A DNA stretch of 64,000 nucleotides from an uncultured delta proteobacterium. Its GTDB lineage: Bacteria > Desulfobacterota > Desulfobulbia > Desulfobulbales > BM004. Shown here piece by piece: positions 31,059 through 41,273 of this stretch. The DNA lies in assembly GCA_963783905.1 (NCBI GenBank), contig CAWAPG010000005.1:120576-184575 (forward strand). The letters run 5' to 3'. Both the position numbers and the translations under genes were made by a program. Positions within the stretch are counted from its first letter, which is position 1. The number at the start of each line of letters is the position of its first letter. The notes under the pieces are model-generated. The model worked only from the letters and a program-made list of their open reading frames with translations. It did no database searches and was not told where the DNA came from.

Positions 31059-32397
31059 AGATGATGAAATTATGCGGATCACGGTCCAGGACCGGCTGGA
31101 GAAAAACAACTGGCATGTTGATGCCGTTCCGAACGGCAGCGATGCCGAGAAACGGTTGCAAGAGGAAAATTACCACCTGGTGATTTCCGATATCCGTATG
31201 CCTGGAGTAGACGGCTGGCAGCTGCTCAAATACGTCCGCCAGTCCTTGCCGTTAACCGACATTATCATGATGACCGCCTTTGGCAGCGTCGATGATGCCA
31301 TTGAGTCTTTAAAAAACGGGGCTGCCGACTACATCCTGAAGCCATTTAATATGGATGATCTGATTATCCGCGTCAGCCGTATTCTGGAGATGCAGACGAT
31401 CAGGGCCCGGTGTACGTCCCTTGAGGAAAACTGCCGGGAGATCCATCCGGACCTGATCGGCAGCAGCAAGGCTATGGAACGTATCTATGGCCTGATCAGG
31501 CAGGTGGCCCCGAGCGACTCAACCGTGCTGATCCTCGGTGAATCAGGCACCGGCAAAGAACTGGTGGCCAGCAGCATCCACAAGCACGGCAGCAGAGCCG
31601 ATAAACCCTTTGTGCGGATCAACTGTGCCGCCATACCGGAAGGATTAATGGAGTCGGAGCTCTTCGGCCATGAAAAGGGAGCGTTTACCGGGGCCCATGC
31701 CAGAAAACCCGGGAAGTTTGAAATGGCTGACGGCGGCACCCTGCTGCTTGATGAAATCGGTGAACTGCCGCAGCCGCTCCAGGCCAAACTCCTAAGGGTT
31801 CTGCAGGAAAACACCTATGAGAGGGTCGGGGGCACAGCAACCATCAGCATCGATGTGCGCATTATCGGTGCAACGGCGAAGGACCTTGAAAAAGCGGCAG
31901 AGAACGGCGGTTTCCGGCAGGACCTTTTTTACCGGCTCAACGTTATACCGATCAAACTGCCACCGCTGCGGGAGCGTAAAGAGGATATTCCGCTTTTGAC
32001 CAACCATTTTCTGCACGAATTCAGCATCAAGCGGGGACTGACCTTGGAAATAAGCTCATCAGCAATGCAGAGCCTGATCGATTACGATTATCCGGGCAAC
32101 GTGCGGGAATTGAAAAATATCATTGAAAGGGCCTCGGTGCTGGCCCCGGAAAAGGTCATCAAACCGGATGACCTGCCGGCGGACCTCCTGGAAGTAAATG
32201 GCTGTAAGGATGGAGGTGAATCATTTCTCATCTGTGATGCCGTGGCAAAAACAGAAAAGCAGGTACTGCTCAAGGCCCTGACCCGGACAAAAGGAAAAAA
32301 GGGCGAAGCAGCTGAACTGCTTGGCATCAGCCGAAAGAATTTGTGGGAGAAAATGAAGCTCTATGACATTTCACTCAAAAATTATCCATCCGGATAA
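31036..32397 (+). CDS. Sigma-54-dependent NtrC-family response regulator
   Basis: Receiver domain, GESGTGKE, GAFTGA, C-terminal Fis HTH. Confidence 0.93.
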   Translation: MARILLAEDDEIMRITVQDRLEKNNWHVDAVPNGSDAEKRLQEENYHLVISDIRMPGVDGWQLLKYVRQSLPLTDIIMMTAFGSVDDAIESLKNGAADYILKPFNMDDLIIRVSRILEMQTIRARCTSLEENCREIHPDLIGSSKAMERIYGLIRQVAPSDSTVLILGESGTGKELVASSIHKHGSRADKPFVRINCAAIPEGLMESELFGHEKGAFTGAHARKPGKFEMADGGTLLLDEIGELPQPLQAKLLRVLQENTYERVGGTATISIDVRIIGATAKDLEKAAENGGFRQDLFYRLNVIPIKLPPLRERKEDIPLLTNHFLHEFSIKRGLTLEISSSAMQSLIDYDYPGNVRELKNIIERASVLAPEKVIKPDDLPADLLEVNGCKDGGESFLICDAVAKTEKQVLLKALTRTKGKKGEAAELLGISRKNLWEKMKLYDISLKNYPSG

Positions 32398-32572
32398 ACG
32401 GGGCGAAAACTGCAAGGCATCCCTGCTGCCGATGCATTTTTTCCTGGGAGCAGATGGCAATTCAGACTTCAGGCCGGAAAAATACAAAGCACCGCTTGAA
32501 AATACTTATAAAGCTGCATACAATAGTATCAAGTTTTTTTGCAGAGTTGTTCTTACAAAAATTGATAAATGT

Positions 32573-32667
32573 CTCCGAGCCTAAGGACCTGCCTCCTTGT
32601 TGGGAAATGGTTCGCGGCCGATAGGGTGTGATTGGAAACGGTCATGCCTCCCGTGTTTGGAAAGGAG
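32573..32667 (+). ncRNA. Molybdenum/tungsten cofactor (Moco/Tuco) riboswitch
   Basis: CTCCGAGC...GGCC..AGGGT, GAAA-tetraloop stem, GCCTCCCGT...TGGAAAGGAG; directly upstream of moaA and includes its RBS. Confidence 0.85.
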
Positions 32668-32672
32668 TGTTT

Positions 32673-33692
32673 GTGATAAATCGACATACAGATTCTACTG
32701 TTCCACGCTCAGCCGCCCTTTTGTCCGATAACCATGACAGGACCATCACCTACCTGCGCCTATCCATCACCGACCGCTGTAACCTCCGCTGCCGGTATTG
32801 CCGTCCTGAAAAGGGTGTTCCTTTTATTCCGCACAAAGAAATTCTCTCCTTTGAGGAACTGGAACGTCTAACCACCATTTTCTGCAGCTTGGGCGTTGAC
32901 AAGGTGCGGGTCACCGGCGGCGAGCCTTTTGCCCGCAAGGGTTGTCAACATTTCCTGCAGAGACTTAAGGCGATTGATGGCCTTCATTCTCTGCATATCA
33001 CAACCAACGGGGTTGAAACGGCCAGATATCTGGATATTCTTGAAGAACTTGGCATCGGCGGCATTAATCTCAGCCTTGACACCCTTGATCAACGCCGATT
33101 TCAGCACATTACCCGGCGCGATTACTTCAGCGAGGTCATGCAGTCCCTCGACGGCATTATCGGACGGGGGATACCTCTCAAGATAAACAGCGTAGTCCTC
33201 GCAGATACAAGCGATGAGGAAATTATCCGGTTGGCCGGTCTGGCCCGGGAGTATCCAATCACGCTGAGGTTTATTGAAAAGATGCCGTTCTCAGGTACCG
33301 CCCGTCCGGTTAAACTGGTAAACGGCCACCTGCTGCAGCGGCTCACCAATATTTTCCCGACAATGGAGGAGCAGAAGCTCCAGGCACCATCCACGGCGCG
33401 TATTTTTTTCCTGCCCGGATACCGGGGCATGCTCGGCATCATCCAGGGCTATTCAAGACTTTTCTGCTCAACGTGCAACAAGGTGCGTATCACCCCCACC
33501 GGCATGTTAAAAACCTGTCTCTATGACAACGGCGTCCTTGATCTTAAGAAAATGATGCGGGAAGGAGCCGGTGACGGGGAAATTGAATCCGCTGTTCTCA
33601 CCTGCATCCGTAAGCGCTGTATCAACGGCCATGAAGCGGAGCATCTTGCCAAGCGGGACAAGGAGCCGTCCATGGCCAGTATCGGCGGATAG
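32673..33692 (+). CDS. moaA: GTP 3',8-cyclase
   Basis: YLRLSITDRCNLRCRYC, TGGEP, FCSTCNKVR...CL, C-terminal IGG; GTG start after AAGGAG. Confidence 0.95.
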   Translation: MINRHTDSTVPRSAALLSDNHDRTITYLRLSITDRCNLRCRYCRPEKGVPFIPHKEILSFEELERLTTIFCSLGVDKVRVTGGEPFARKGCQHFLQRLKAIDGLHSLHITTNGVETARYLDILEELGIGGINLSLDTLDQRRFQHITRRDYFSEVMQSLDGIIGRGIPLKINSVVLADTSDEEIIRLAGLAREYPITLRFIEKMPFSGTARPVKLVNGHLLQRLTNIFPTMEEQKLQAPSTARIFFLPGYRGMLGIIQGYSRLFCSTCNKVRITPTGMLKTCLYDNGVLDLKKMMREGAGDGEIESAVLTCIRKRCINGHEAEHLAKRDKEPSMASIGG

Positions 33693-33789
33693 CCGGTCTT
33701 GCACGATCCTGCAGGTTCATCGGCAACATCATGGAATAGCATGGAGGACGTTAATCCACAAAAATGGGGTTAAAGGGAGAATATAGTAG

Positions 33790-34719
33790 ATGATTGATGT
33801 CAGTCCCAAGTTTAACTCGTTGCGTTACGCCCTGGCGGAGGGTTTTTTGTTCGGCAGGGAGGAAACTCTGCAGCGGGTGTTTGCCAAAACCGTACCCAAG
33901 GGAGACGTAACCGAGGTCGCCAGGGCCGCAGGGATAAATGCGGCAAAGCGATGTGCCGACTGGATCACCTTCTGTCATCCCATTCCCCTTGACTGGGTCG
34001 AAGTCCGTTTCGAGGAGAACAAGGATAAGATAAAGGTGACGGCAGAGGTTCGTTCGGTATGGAAGACCGGGGTGGAAATGGAGGCGATCACCGCCGTGTC
34101 GGCAGCCCTGCTGAATGCTTACGACATGCTCAAGCCGCTGGACGATTCACTCTCCTTCGGGGATATCCGGGTGGTAAGAAAAAAAGGTGGTAAAAGCGAT
34201 TTTTCCGATTCTGCTGCCGGGAGCATCAAGACCGCGGTTCTGGTTATATCGGATTCCACCCATGCAGGGAAGAGAGAGGATAAATCCGGCAGAGTGATCC
34301 AGGAATTCCTTGCGGACAAACCGATACAGGTGGAACGTTATGAAGTGCTTCCTGATGAGAAGGAGATGATCGCTGACCGGCTGCGCCGTTTGGCGGATGT
34401 TGACGGAGTCAGATTGATATTCACCACCGGCGGCACCGGCCTCGGGCCCCGGGATGTGACGCCGGAGGCAACGCTGGCGGTCATTGACCGGTCAGTGCCG
34501 GGTATTGTTGCAACGATCAGAAGCTACGGCCGGGACCGGACTCCCTTCGCCATGCTTTCACGGGGCGAGGCCGGGGTAAGAAAGGACAGCGTTATAATCA
34601 ACCTGCCCGGCAGTTCCAAGGGTGCCCTGGAAAGTCTGCAGGCACTTTTCCCGGGATTACTGCATATTTTCCCCATGCTTGAGGGTAAAAGTCACGGAGA
34701 GTCCAACCACACAGATTGA
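33790..34719 (+). CDS. moaC: Bifunctional MoaC-MoaB/MogA fusion
   Basis: PKGDV, CHPI, TGVEMEA, YDMLK then ISD...DKSG, TGGTG..PRDVTPEA, NLPGS. Confidence 0.92.
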   Translation: MIDVSPKFNSLRYALAEGFLFGREETLQRVFAKTVPKGDVTEVARAAGINAAKRCADWITFCHPIPLDWVEVRFEENKDKIKVTAEVRSVWKTGVEMEAITAVSAALLNAYDMLKPLDDSLSFGDIRVVRKKGGKSDFSDSAAGSIKTAVLVISDSTHAGKREDKSGRVIQEFLADKPIQVERYEVLPDEKEMIADRLRRLADVDGVRLIFTTGGTGLGPRDVTPEATLAVIDRSVPGIVATIRSYGRDRTPFAMLSRGEAGVRKDSVIINLPGSSKGALESLQALFPGLLHIFPMLEGKSHGESNHTD

Positions 34720-34735
34720 TGGAGGTTTAAAAATA

Positions 34736-35170
34736 ATGGCATTTATAGAAGCCGTCTGTATAAGCCGAAAGAAGGGCATGGTAAAAAAAGAACAGGATAA
34801 GGTCGATGTCCGGGAAAACTGGGGTATCGAGGGTGACGCCCATGCCGGTGACTGGCATCGGCAGGTTTCCCTGCTTGCCGGTGAATCCATTGATACCGTA
34901 AAAGAGATTCTGCCGACCCTTAAAAACGGGGCGTTTGCTGAAAATATCATTACCCGGGGAATTGATTTAAACCGCCTGCAGATCGGCAACCGGCTGCAGA
35001 TAGGCGATGATGTCATTCTGGAGATAACCCAGATCGGCAAGGAGTGTCACAACGCCGGTTGCGCCATTAAGAAGGCAACCGGTGACTGCATCATGCCGCG
35101 GGAAGGAATATTCGCCCGGGTGATCCAGGGCGGCCTTCTTTGGAAAGATTTGGAGATCAGGATTGTTTAG
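34736..35170 (+). CDS. MOSC domain protein
   Basis: GIEGDAHAG..HRQVSLL, FAENI, QIGKECH...C.MPREG. Confidence 0.9.
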   Translation: MAFIEAVCISRKKGMVKKEQDKVDVRENWGIEGDAHAGDWHRQVSLLAGESIDTVKEILPTLKNGAFAENIITRGIDLNRLQIGNRLQIGDDVILEITQIGKECHNAGCAIKKATGDCIMPREGIFARVIQGGLLWKDLEIRIV

Positions 35171-35186
35171 TCAGGCCGGCTGTGAA

Positions 35187-35600
35187 TTAAAGCCCCAAGG
35201 CTGCTGACGCCTTATCAAAATCATTCGACCTGATATAGACTATATACCCGAAGCTCCCCTGTCCATCAGTGACACCGCTGGCTGAGTACACATTGACATC
35301 AGCTTCATAGATCTTTCGGTGGATTTCCGCCAGTGCCCCAAGTTCATCATCTCCCTGGACCAGGAAGGCCTTGTGAGGCCCGTCCAGGTGCATATTCATT
35401 TTACTCGCTTCATGCCGGAACTGGGCCGGGTCGGCAGGGAAAATGGTCAGTTGGGTAACGCTCGGCCCGACAGGAACGGCGGTAAAGGCGAGCAGATTGA
35501 TGCCAAGTCCGGCCAATTGAGAAAGTAACTTATAGGCCTCGCCGGGCTGGTCCGCCACCGTGGTGTGAAAGTATTCCACCCGTGAAATTTTAAATTCCAT
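35187..35600 (-). CDS. Tandem ACT-domain protein
   Basis: DQPGE...L...GINL and DELGALA...VNV; GGAGG RBS before ATG 35600. Confidence 0.75.
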   Translation of the reverse strand: MEFKISRVEYFHTTVADQPGEAYKLLSQLAGLGINLLAFTAVPVGPSVTQLTIFPADPAQFRHEASKMNMHLDGPHKAFLVQGDDELGALAEIHRKIYEADVNVYSASGVTDGQGSFGYIVYIRSNDFDKASAALGL

Positions 35601-35802
35601 AAATACCTCCTCCTGCAAGAAATTGGTGCGGGTTAAATTGCCATTTCTGCAGCAATTTTTTTCAAACCGACAGTAATACCGGTTTCTGTAAATATAATAA
35701 GCACCATTGAGGAAATCTTCTATCCAGGTTGACGGCAAAAATCTCAGGCCTAACCAGTTATGCCGTTACAAGCGTCCGGGGTGCTGATTGAGATTGCAGG
35801 AT

Positions 35803-36210
35803 TTAAAAGAAACCGAATTTTCTGTTCAGGTTAAGGACGGTTGAAATAAAAAGGATGATAAAAAAGGTGTAGGTGGTGATGGCATCAACGGTCTTGGGAT
35901 CCGTGTCGAGTCCGGTCAGCTTATCCACCATATATTTTATATAATATTCCGTATGGGGCTTCTCGCCCAAACGTTTTTTGATTTTCCACTGGATATCCGT
36001 TATCAGGCAGTAACCGAAGCCGTAAATTATTCCCAGACCGCACCAGGACAGCAGGATGAGAATGGAAAGAATAAAATGGGCCGGGAGGGTTTTGTCCCAA
36101 ATCCAGCCGATAAGAAAAAAAGTGATAACACCAATATGGATGACATGGAAAAGTATATTGCCCAGCCATAAAAGAAAATTGGGCTGATATGTATGCAATT
36201 TACTGCGCAT
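35803..36210 (-). CDS. DUF2784-like small membrane protein
   Basis: H...F...GW, GYCLITD.QW motif; start overlaps the upstream stop. Confidence 0.65.
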   Translation of the reverse strand: MRSKLHTYQPNFLLWLGNILFHVIHIGVITFFLIGWIWDKTLPAHFILSILILLSWCGLGIIYGFGYCLITDIQWKIKKRLGEKPHTEYYIKYMVDKLTGLDTDPKTVDAITTYTFFIILFISTVLNLNRKFGFF

Positions 36211-37464
36211 GATATTTCTCGGCAATTTCACGGGCATGCCCCAGCACCTTTTCAAAGGCATGGACATACTGATCCAGAATACCGTTGTCCTGCCCCGGGA
36301 ATGACGGTAGTTTGAGCAGGGAGTTGTTGGCTGCTTCGGTAAAGGGCAGGGAACAGTCCCGGTAGGAAGGCGGCTGTATGTCCGGCGGCAGCCGCAGAAA
36401 CCGGCGAAAAACCCCCTCGGTAAAAAAGGGCTGCTGGTGCAGCAGGGGATATCTAGGCAGGGAAGCTTGACAGCCTTCCCGGGATAGAGCCTGCAGCAGA
36501 ATGTCTTTTGACAGTCCTGATTGTTCTTCATCATATTGGATCAGATATTCGAAGTAGACCCGTTCAATATGATCGGGCGGCAGGAAGGTGTGAAAACCCA
36601 GGGTTTCGAGTTTTTTTGACAGATAGAGTAAGTTTTTGTTTCTGGTGGAATTGTGCTCAGGGAGCTGTCTGAGCTGACTGAGACCGATGGCTGCTGAAAT
36701 AGGGGCAATCCTCGTCTTAATCCCCAAACTTGTGGCGGCAAATCTTCTTGCCGGTGTCTGCAGTTCGATAATTCTGGTTATATCCCCAAGACAGACAGCT
36801 TTTTCGTAATATTCATACTCATTACAGAGAAAGATGCCGCCTTCACCGGCCGGAGCCAATTTATCTCCCTGCATACTGAAAACCGAGATGTCACCGAGTG
36901 AACCGCAGGGTTTGCCGCGCCATTTTGCGCCATGGGCATGGGAAGCATCCTCTATGATTCGCAGGTTGTACTTTTTCGCCATGGCAAATATTTCGCTCAT
37001 TTTACTGGGAAGTCCCCACAGGTGCACCACAACGATGGCTCTGGTCCTGTCGGTGATCTTTTTTTCCATGTCAACGGGATCGATACCCATCCGTTCCTTT
37101 TCACTTTCGCAGAAGACCGGAACCGCGCCAAGCCACGTCATGGGAAGGACAGAGGCCCAGAAAGTGGCGGTCGGGACCAGGACCTCATCACCGGGCATAA
37201 GCCCTATACTGTAGAAGGCGGCCAACAGAGCCGCAGTGCCGTTGTTGTGGGCCAGGGCGTAGGACCGTTTGGAAAAATCGGCATATTCCTTTTCCAGTTC
37301 CCGGATAACCGGATGAGTGGATATATTTCCATCTCTCATGATCCGCAGAACAGCTTCTTCATCCAGGTGAGAAAGGTCGGGCCATTTATTGGACGGTGTA
37401 TGATCCAAGGTTACTGCCGGGGCCCCCCCCAAATCGCCGGAATTTGTGTTGGTTCAATTTTCAT
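36200..37464 (-). CDS. DegT/DnrJ/EryC1/StrS PLP-dependent aminotransferase (5' frameshift at G8 tract)
   Basis: NNGTAAL, VHLWG, IEDASHAHG, FSMQGDK..AGEGG; RBS-led ATG 37464 is out of frame with the main ORF (36200..37432). Confidence 0.85.
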
Positions 37465-37481
37465 GGGATCTTGCTCCAGAT

Positions 37482-38987
37482 TCAGATTTTTGCCATCAAC
37501 CGGTCAAAGCGGTTGGTTACTCCGGTAATATATTCATCAACATGTTTTTCTGCCGACATGCCGGCAAAGGCGGGCAGCCGTCGGGCCAGGGTTTCAAGAT
37601 GCGCTCTGTTTTCGTTTTCAAAGCCGAGCCCTTCCCGGGGAAGCCACTGCGATATGTTGGTGCGTCTTCGCAGATAATCTTCCAGGGTGCAGCAGAATTC
37701 GTTTGCAACACACCAGTCAATGGCAGGGAAGTCTGCCTGCAGCCCCGGAAAGGTGTCCTGGTTCTTTTGATATTCCCGGACTGTTTGAAAAGGTCTGCCC
37801 TGAAGACTTGGTGCAATCTGTCCGGCGATCTTTTGCACAATTTTTTCTGCCATAGATACGCAGCTGCTTATTTTGCCGCCATAGACTGAAATCCAGGGCC
37901 GGTCCAAGTCCTGGGCAGTTTTATGATAGCGGGAAATGTCAAGTGGGTAACAGTCGGCCTTAAAGGTTCTGCTGACCGCCAGGGGACGGATGCCGCAGCG
38001 CAGGGAGATGATTTTTGACCCGGCCAGGGATGGCTCCAGGTTTTTCGCAGCATGGCGCTGTAAAAAATGGATGTCCTCCGGATTGATTGAGAAGCCGTTT
38101 TCAATGGATTCTTCCATGGTTTCAGTTGGACCCCAGAGGGATACCGGGCCCCAGGGAATGAATGTCAGAGTATCGCCGTGTTCTCCCATTTCAAATATAA
38201 TGGGGGTTTGGTGTGCTTCGGGTCTCTGGTAGCCGATGAAAACACCTTTGCTCATAACATGGCGGTACGGTGACTGTATATTAAACTGCCGGTTGACGGA
38301 ATCGGTCCATACACCGGCGCAATTCAGGATGATTCTTGCCTTGCCGGAACACTGTCTGGATTCGATCGCATCTGATATATGGATCGTCCATTGCCGGTCT
38401 TTCGGGGAGTAGTCCGCTGCATCCAATGTGCAGTAATTCAAGGCAAAGGATTCCTCGGTCTGTCGGGATAAAATCCAGTTCAGGACAAACCGGCTATCTG
38501 AATCTTTCAGAAAACCTTCCTGATAGAGAAAGGACCCTTCCCCATTCCGCCGGCAGAGTAGTTTTAATTCCTGAAATGTTTTCTGAAATACCGGCTTTTG
38601 GCGCCGAAAGTTTCCCAGAATCCAGTAAAGGTAGAGTGCCAGAAAAACCAGATATTTATTGCGCCCCCATTCATGGTTCGGAATGTACCTGAAAGACATG
38701 GGGACAATTTCTCCGGCATGGGTTTTAATGAGTTCATCCCGGTCCCGGGAAAAATGATAAACAGAGAAAAAATCCAGATTCTTCAGGTAGAGCAAACCGC
38801 CCCAAATCATCATGGCCGAAGCCTGGCTGGTACCGCAGCTGAAATCCCCTTTATCCACCAGAAGTACTTTGTAGCCGAGAGAACACAGCCGGTTATAAAT
38901 GGCTGCTCCATTAATGCCGCCGCCGATTATAAGGACATCGAATTCCCTGTTTTCGGCAAGCTGCCAGTTTTTTTGGCGTATATTCAT
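37482..38987 (-). CDS. FAD-dependent oxidoreductase, glycerol-3-phosphate dehydrogenase/oxidase family
   Basis: IIGGGINGA, DFSCGTSQAS, GGLLYL, NCAGVW, GIRPL, YGGK, D.LRRRT. Confidence 0.85.
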   Translation of the reverse strand: MNIRQKNWQLAENREFDVLIIGGGINGAAIYNRLCSLGYKVLLVDKGDFSCGTSQASAMMIWGGLLYLKNLDFFSVYHFSRDRDELIKTHAGEIVPMSFRYIPNHEWGRNKYLVFLALYLYWILGNFRRQKPVFQKTFQELKLLCRRNGEGSFLYQEGFLKDSDSRFVLNWILSRQTEESFALNYCTLDAADYSPKDRQWTIHISDAIESRQCSGKARIILNCAGVWTDSVNRQFNIQSPYRHVMSKGVFIGYQRPEAHQTPIIFEMGEHGDTLTFIPWGPVSLWGPTETMEESIENGFSINPEDIHFLQRHAAKNLEPSLAGSKIISLRCGIRPLAVSRTFKADCYPLDISRYHKTAQDLDRPWISVYGGKISSCVSMAEKIVQKIAGQIAPSLQGRPFQTVREYQKNQDTFPGLQADFPAIDWCVANEFCCTLEDYLRRRTNISQWLPREGLGFENENRAHLETLARRLPAFAGMSAEKHVDEYITGVTNRFDRLMAKI

Positions 38988-39086
38988 GAGCGGAGTTGGA
39001 AATTGCGCAGCTGTATCATTAGAGTAAAACCTATAATTTTATAATGTTTACCTTAATTGCCGCAATGAATAGTAATTTTTTCTGAA

Positions 39087-39497
39087 TTACACTGGTTGCT
39101 TAGCTTTTACCACCGCTTCTCCCTCGATTACGGTTTTGCCCTCGGAGTTGCGGCATAGGGTTCGCATGGTCACAATCGGCTTGTCTGCCCTGATTTTTAT
39201 GATTTCAACCGAGGCGGTAACCTGTTCACCAATGGCAACAGGTGCTTTAAAGGTAAGAGTCTGGCCCAGGTAGATGCTGCCCTTGCCGGGAAGTTTCATG
39301 CCGATAAGTCCCGAGAAAAGGCTGGCGACCAGCATGCCGTGGACAACCCGGTGCCCGAATACAGAGGTTTTGCCATACTCCTTATCCAGGTGCAGCGGAT
39401 TCATATCGGCAGATAACTCGGCAAACCGGAGAACCTCCTGTTCTGAGAATGCCTTGCTGATTGCCGCCTTGGTGCCGATCTTTAAACTCCTGCCCAT
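39087..39497 (-). CDS. MaoC-family (R)-hydratase/dehydratase
   Basis: SADMNPLH.D, VHGML, F.APV. Confidence 0.9.
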   Translation of the reverse strand: MGRSLKIGTKAAISKAFSEQEVLRFAELSADMNPLHLDKEYGKTSVFGHRVVHGMLVASLFSGLIGMKLPGKGSIYLGQTLTFKAPVAIGEQVTASVEIIKIRADKPIVTMRTLCRNSEGKTVIEGEAVVKAKQPV

Positions 39498-39788
39498 ACG
39501 TTGACCCCCAATAAAATCATGTTAGGAACATAATCTGTTCCCGGTGACCGTAAAAATTGAAAAAAACCTGCTGCAGGCATTGCCGGAAGCGGCAAGTCGG
39601 CCTCTAGTAGGAAGCAGGTAACACCCCGGATGAAAGCTCATATTTTACTATAAACGGGTCCAATGTATTTAATTATACTCAATTCCGCACATATTTTGCT
39701 TATTTTTATTGCCGGATGAAGGGGTGATTCCCACGCAGATGGGAGCATGAAAATGGAGGTAAACCGGTACCGGCGTTCTTGATTCACG

Positions 39789-40502
39789 TCATCCTCCCAG
39801 GTATGCCTTCTTTACTTCGGGATTATGGAGCAGCTCGTCGGCAGGACCTTCCAGAACGAGGCGGCCGTTTTCCAGGACATAGGCCCGCTGGGCAAATTTA
39901 AGCGCCAGCCGGGCATTTTGCTCGACCAGCAGGATCGAGGTGGATTCCCGGTTGATCTCCCTGAGGGCCTCGAACATCGAGAGCATGAGCAGAGGAGCAA
40001 GTCCCATGGAAGGTTCGTCCAGGAGCATGAGCTTACGGCCGCTCATGTAAGCCCGTCCCACGGCGAGCATCTGCTGTTCACCGCCGCTTAAGGTTCCGGC
40101 CATCTGGGATATGCGTTCCTTAAGGCGCGGGAAGATCGTAAAGACCTGCTCCGTATCCCTGGCGATCTTTTCCCTGTCCTTGCGGGCAAAGGTTGCCAGC
40201 CGCAGGTTTTCCATCACGGTAAGATTGCCGAACAGACGCCTCCCTTCCGGGACGTGCGAGATGCCCAACTCACTGACAACCTTGTCAGGCTGGTAATGAA
40301 GCAGGTTTTTGCCTTCAAAGGTCATGACCGATCCCCGGTCGGCCGGAATCAACCGTGAAATAGCGCGCAGAGTCGTACTTTTTCCGGCACCGTTGGCGCC
40401 GATGATGCAGACGATTTCGCCCCGGTCGATGGAGAAATCGAGGGAATGGAGGGCCCTGATCCTGCCGTATGAGACCTGTAGATTTTTTACTTCCATCTGC
40501 AT
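39789..40502 (-). CDS. livF: Branched-chain amino acid ABC ATPase
   Basis: GANGAGKS, PEGRRLF, LSGGEQQM, LDEPSMGLAP. Confidence 0.92.
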   Translation of the reverse strand: MQMEVKNLQVSYGRIRALHSLDFSIDRGEIVCIIGANGAGKSTTLRAISRLIPADRGSVMTFEGKNLLHYQPDKVVSELGISHVPEGRRLFGNLTVMENLRLATFARKDREKIARDTEQVFTIFPRLKERISQMAGTLSGGEQQMLAVGRAYMSGRKLMLLDEPSMGLAPLLMLSMFEALREINRESTSILLVEQNARLALKFAQRAYVLENGRLVLEGPADELLHNPEVKKAYLGG

Positions 40503-41272
40503 CAGTGGATTTCCTCCCTGCCGAGATAGGCCTCTATCACCTGCGGATTGTTTTTGATCTCATCCGGGGGACCTTCGGCAATAACTTCGCCGAAAACAAG
40601 GGTCTGGATCCTTTCGCACAACTCCATGACAAATTTCAAACGATGTTCGATGAGAAAAATGGCCACATCAAATTCTTCATGAATTTTTCTGATAATACCA
40701 ATCATACGGTTAAGCTCATCCGGGGTCATGCCGGCCGTCGGTTCATCAAGGAAAAGAACCTTGGGATTGGTCGCCATGGCCCGGGCCATTTCCACCCGGC
40801 GCTGGGCGCCGTAGGGCAGGCTGACGGCAAGCTGCGAGTTGAAATGGACAACGTCGAATGTTTCCAGCAGGTGCATGGCCTTGGCAGTGAGTCTTTTCTC
40901 TTCGCGGCGGCAGTGGCGGGAATTGAAAAAAGCGCCCCAGATGCCATACCCCAGCTGGGAATAGCAGGCCATTTTTACATGTTCTAGAACGGTCATGTGC
41001 CGCCAGAGCAGGAGATTCTGGAAGGTGCGGCCCAATCCCATGGCGGCGATCTCATGGGGATGATGGCCGATGAGATTTTGGCCGTCCAGTTCAATATTGC
41101 CTTCGGTGGGGGTGTGGATGCCGGAGATCAGGTTGAAGATCGTGGTCTTGCCGGCACCGTTCGGGCCGATGAGTCCAACGATATGTCCCGGTTCCAGAAC
41201 GAGGTTGTAGCCGTGTACGGCCCGCAGACCCCCGAAGTAATGGGTCATGTTGTCAACCCGCAGCAGCGCCAT
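40502..41272 (-). CDS. livG: Branched-chain amino acid ABC ATPase
   Basis: GPNGAGKT, RTFQN, LPYG, VIEAYLG. Confidence 0.92.
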   Translation of the reverse strand: MALLRVDNMTHYFGGLRAVHGYNLVLEPGHIVGLIGPNGAGKTTIFNLISGIHTPTEGNIELDGQNLIGHHPHEIAAMGLGRTFQNLLLWRHMTVLEHVKMACYSQLGYGIWGAFFNSRHCRREEKRLTAKAMHLLETFDVVHFNSQLAVSLPYGAQRRVEMARAMATNPKVLFLDEPTAGMTPDELNRMIGIIRKIHEEFDVAIFLIEHRLKFVMELCERIQTLVFGEVIAEGPPDEIKNNPQVIEAYLGREEIH

Positions 41273-41273
41273 A

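Noticed and set aside
29982-31109. 375-aa minus-strand ORF (also 46869..47897 and similar)
   Set aside because: Antisense shadows of well-supported genes
32628-32672. Longer moaA N-terminus from the ORF track
   Set aside because: Lies inside the riboswitch; RBS supports GTG 32673
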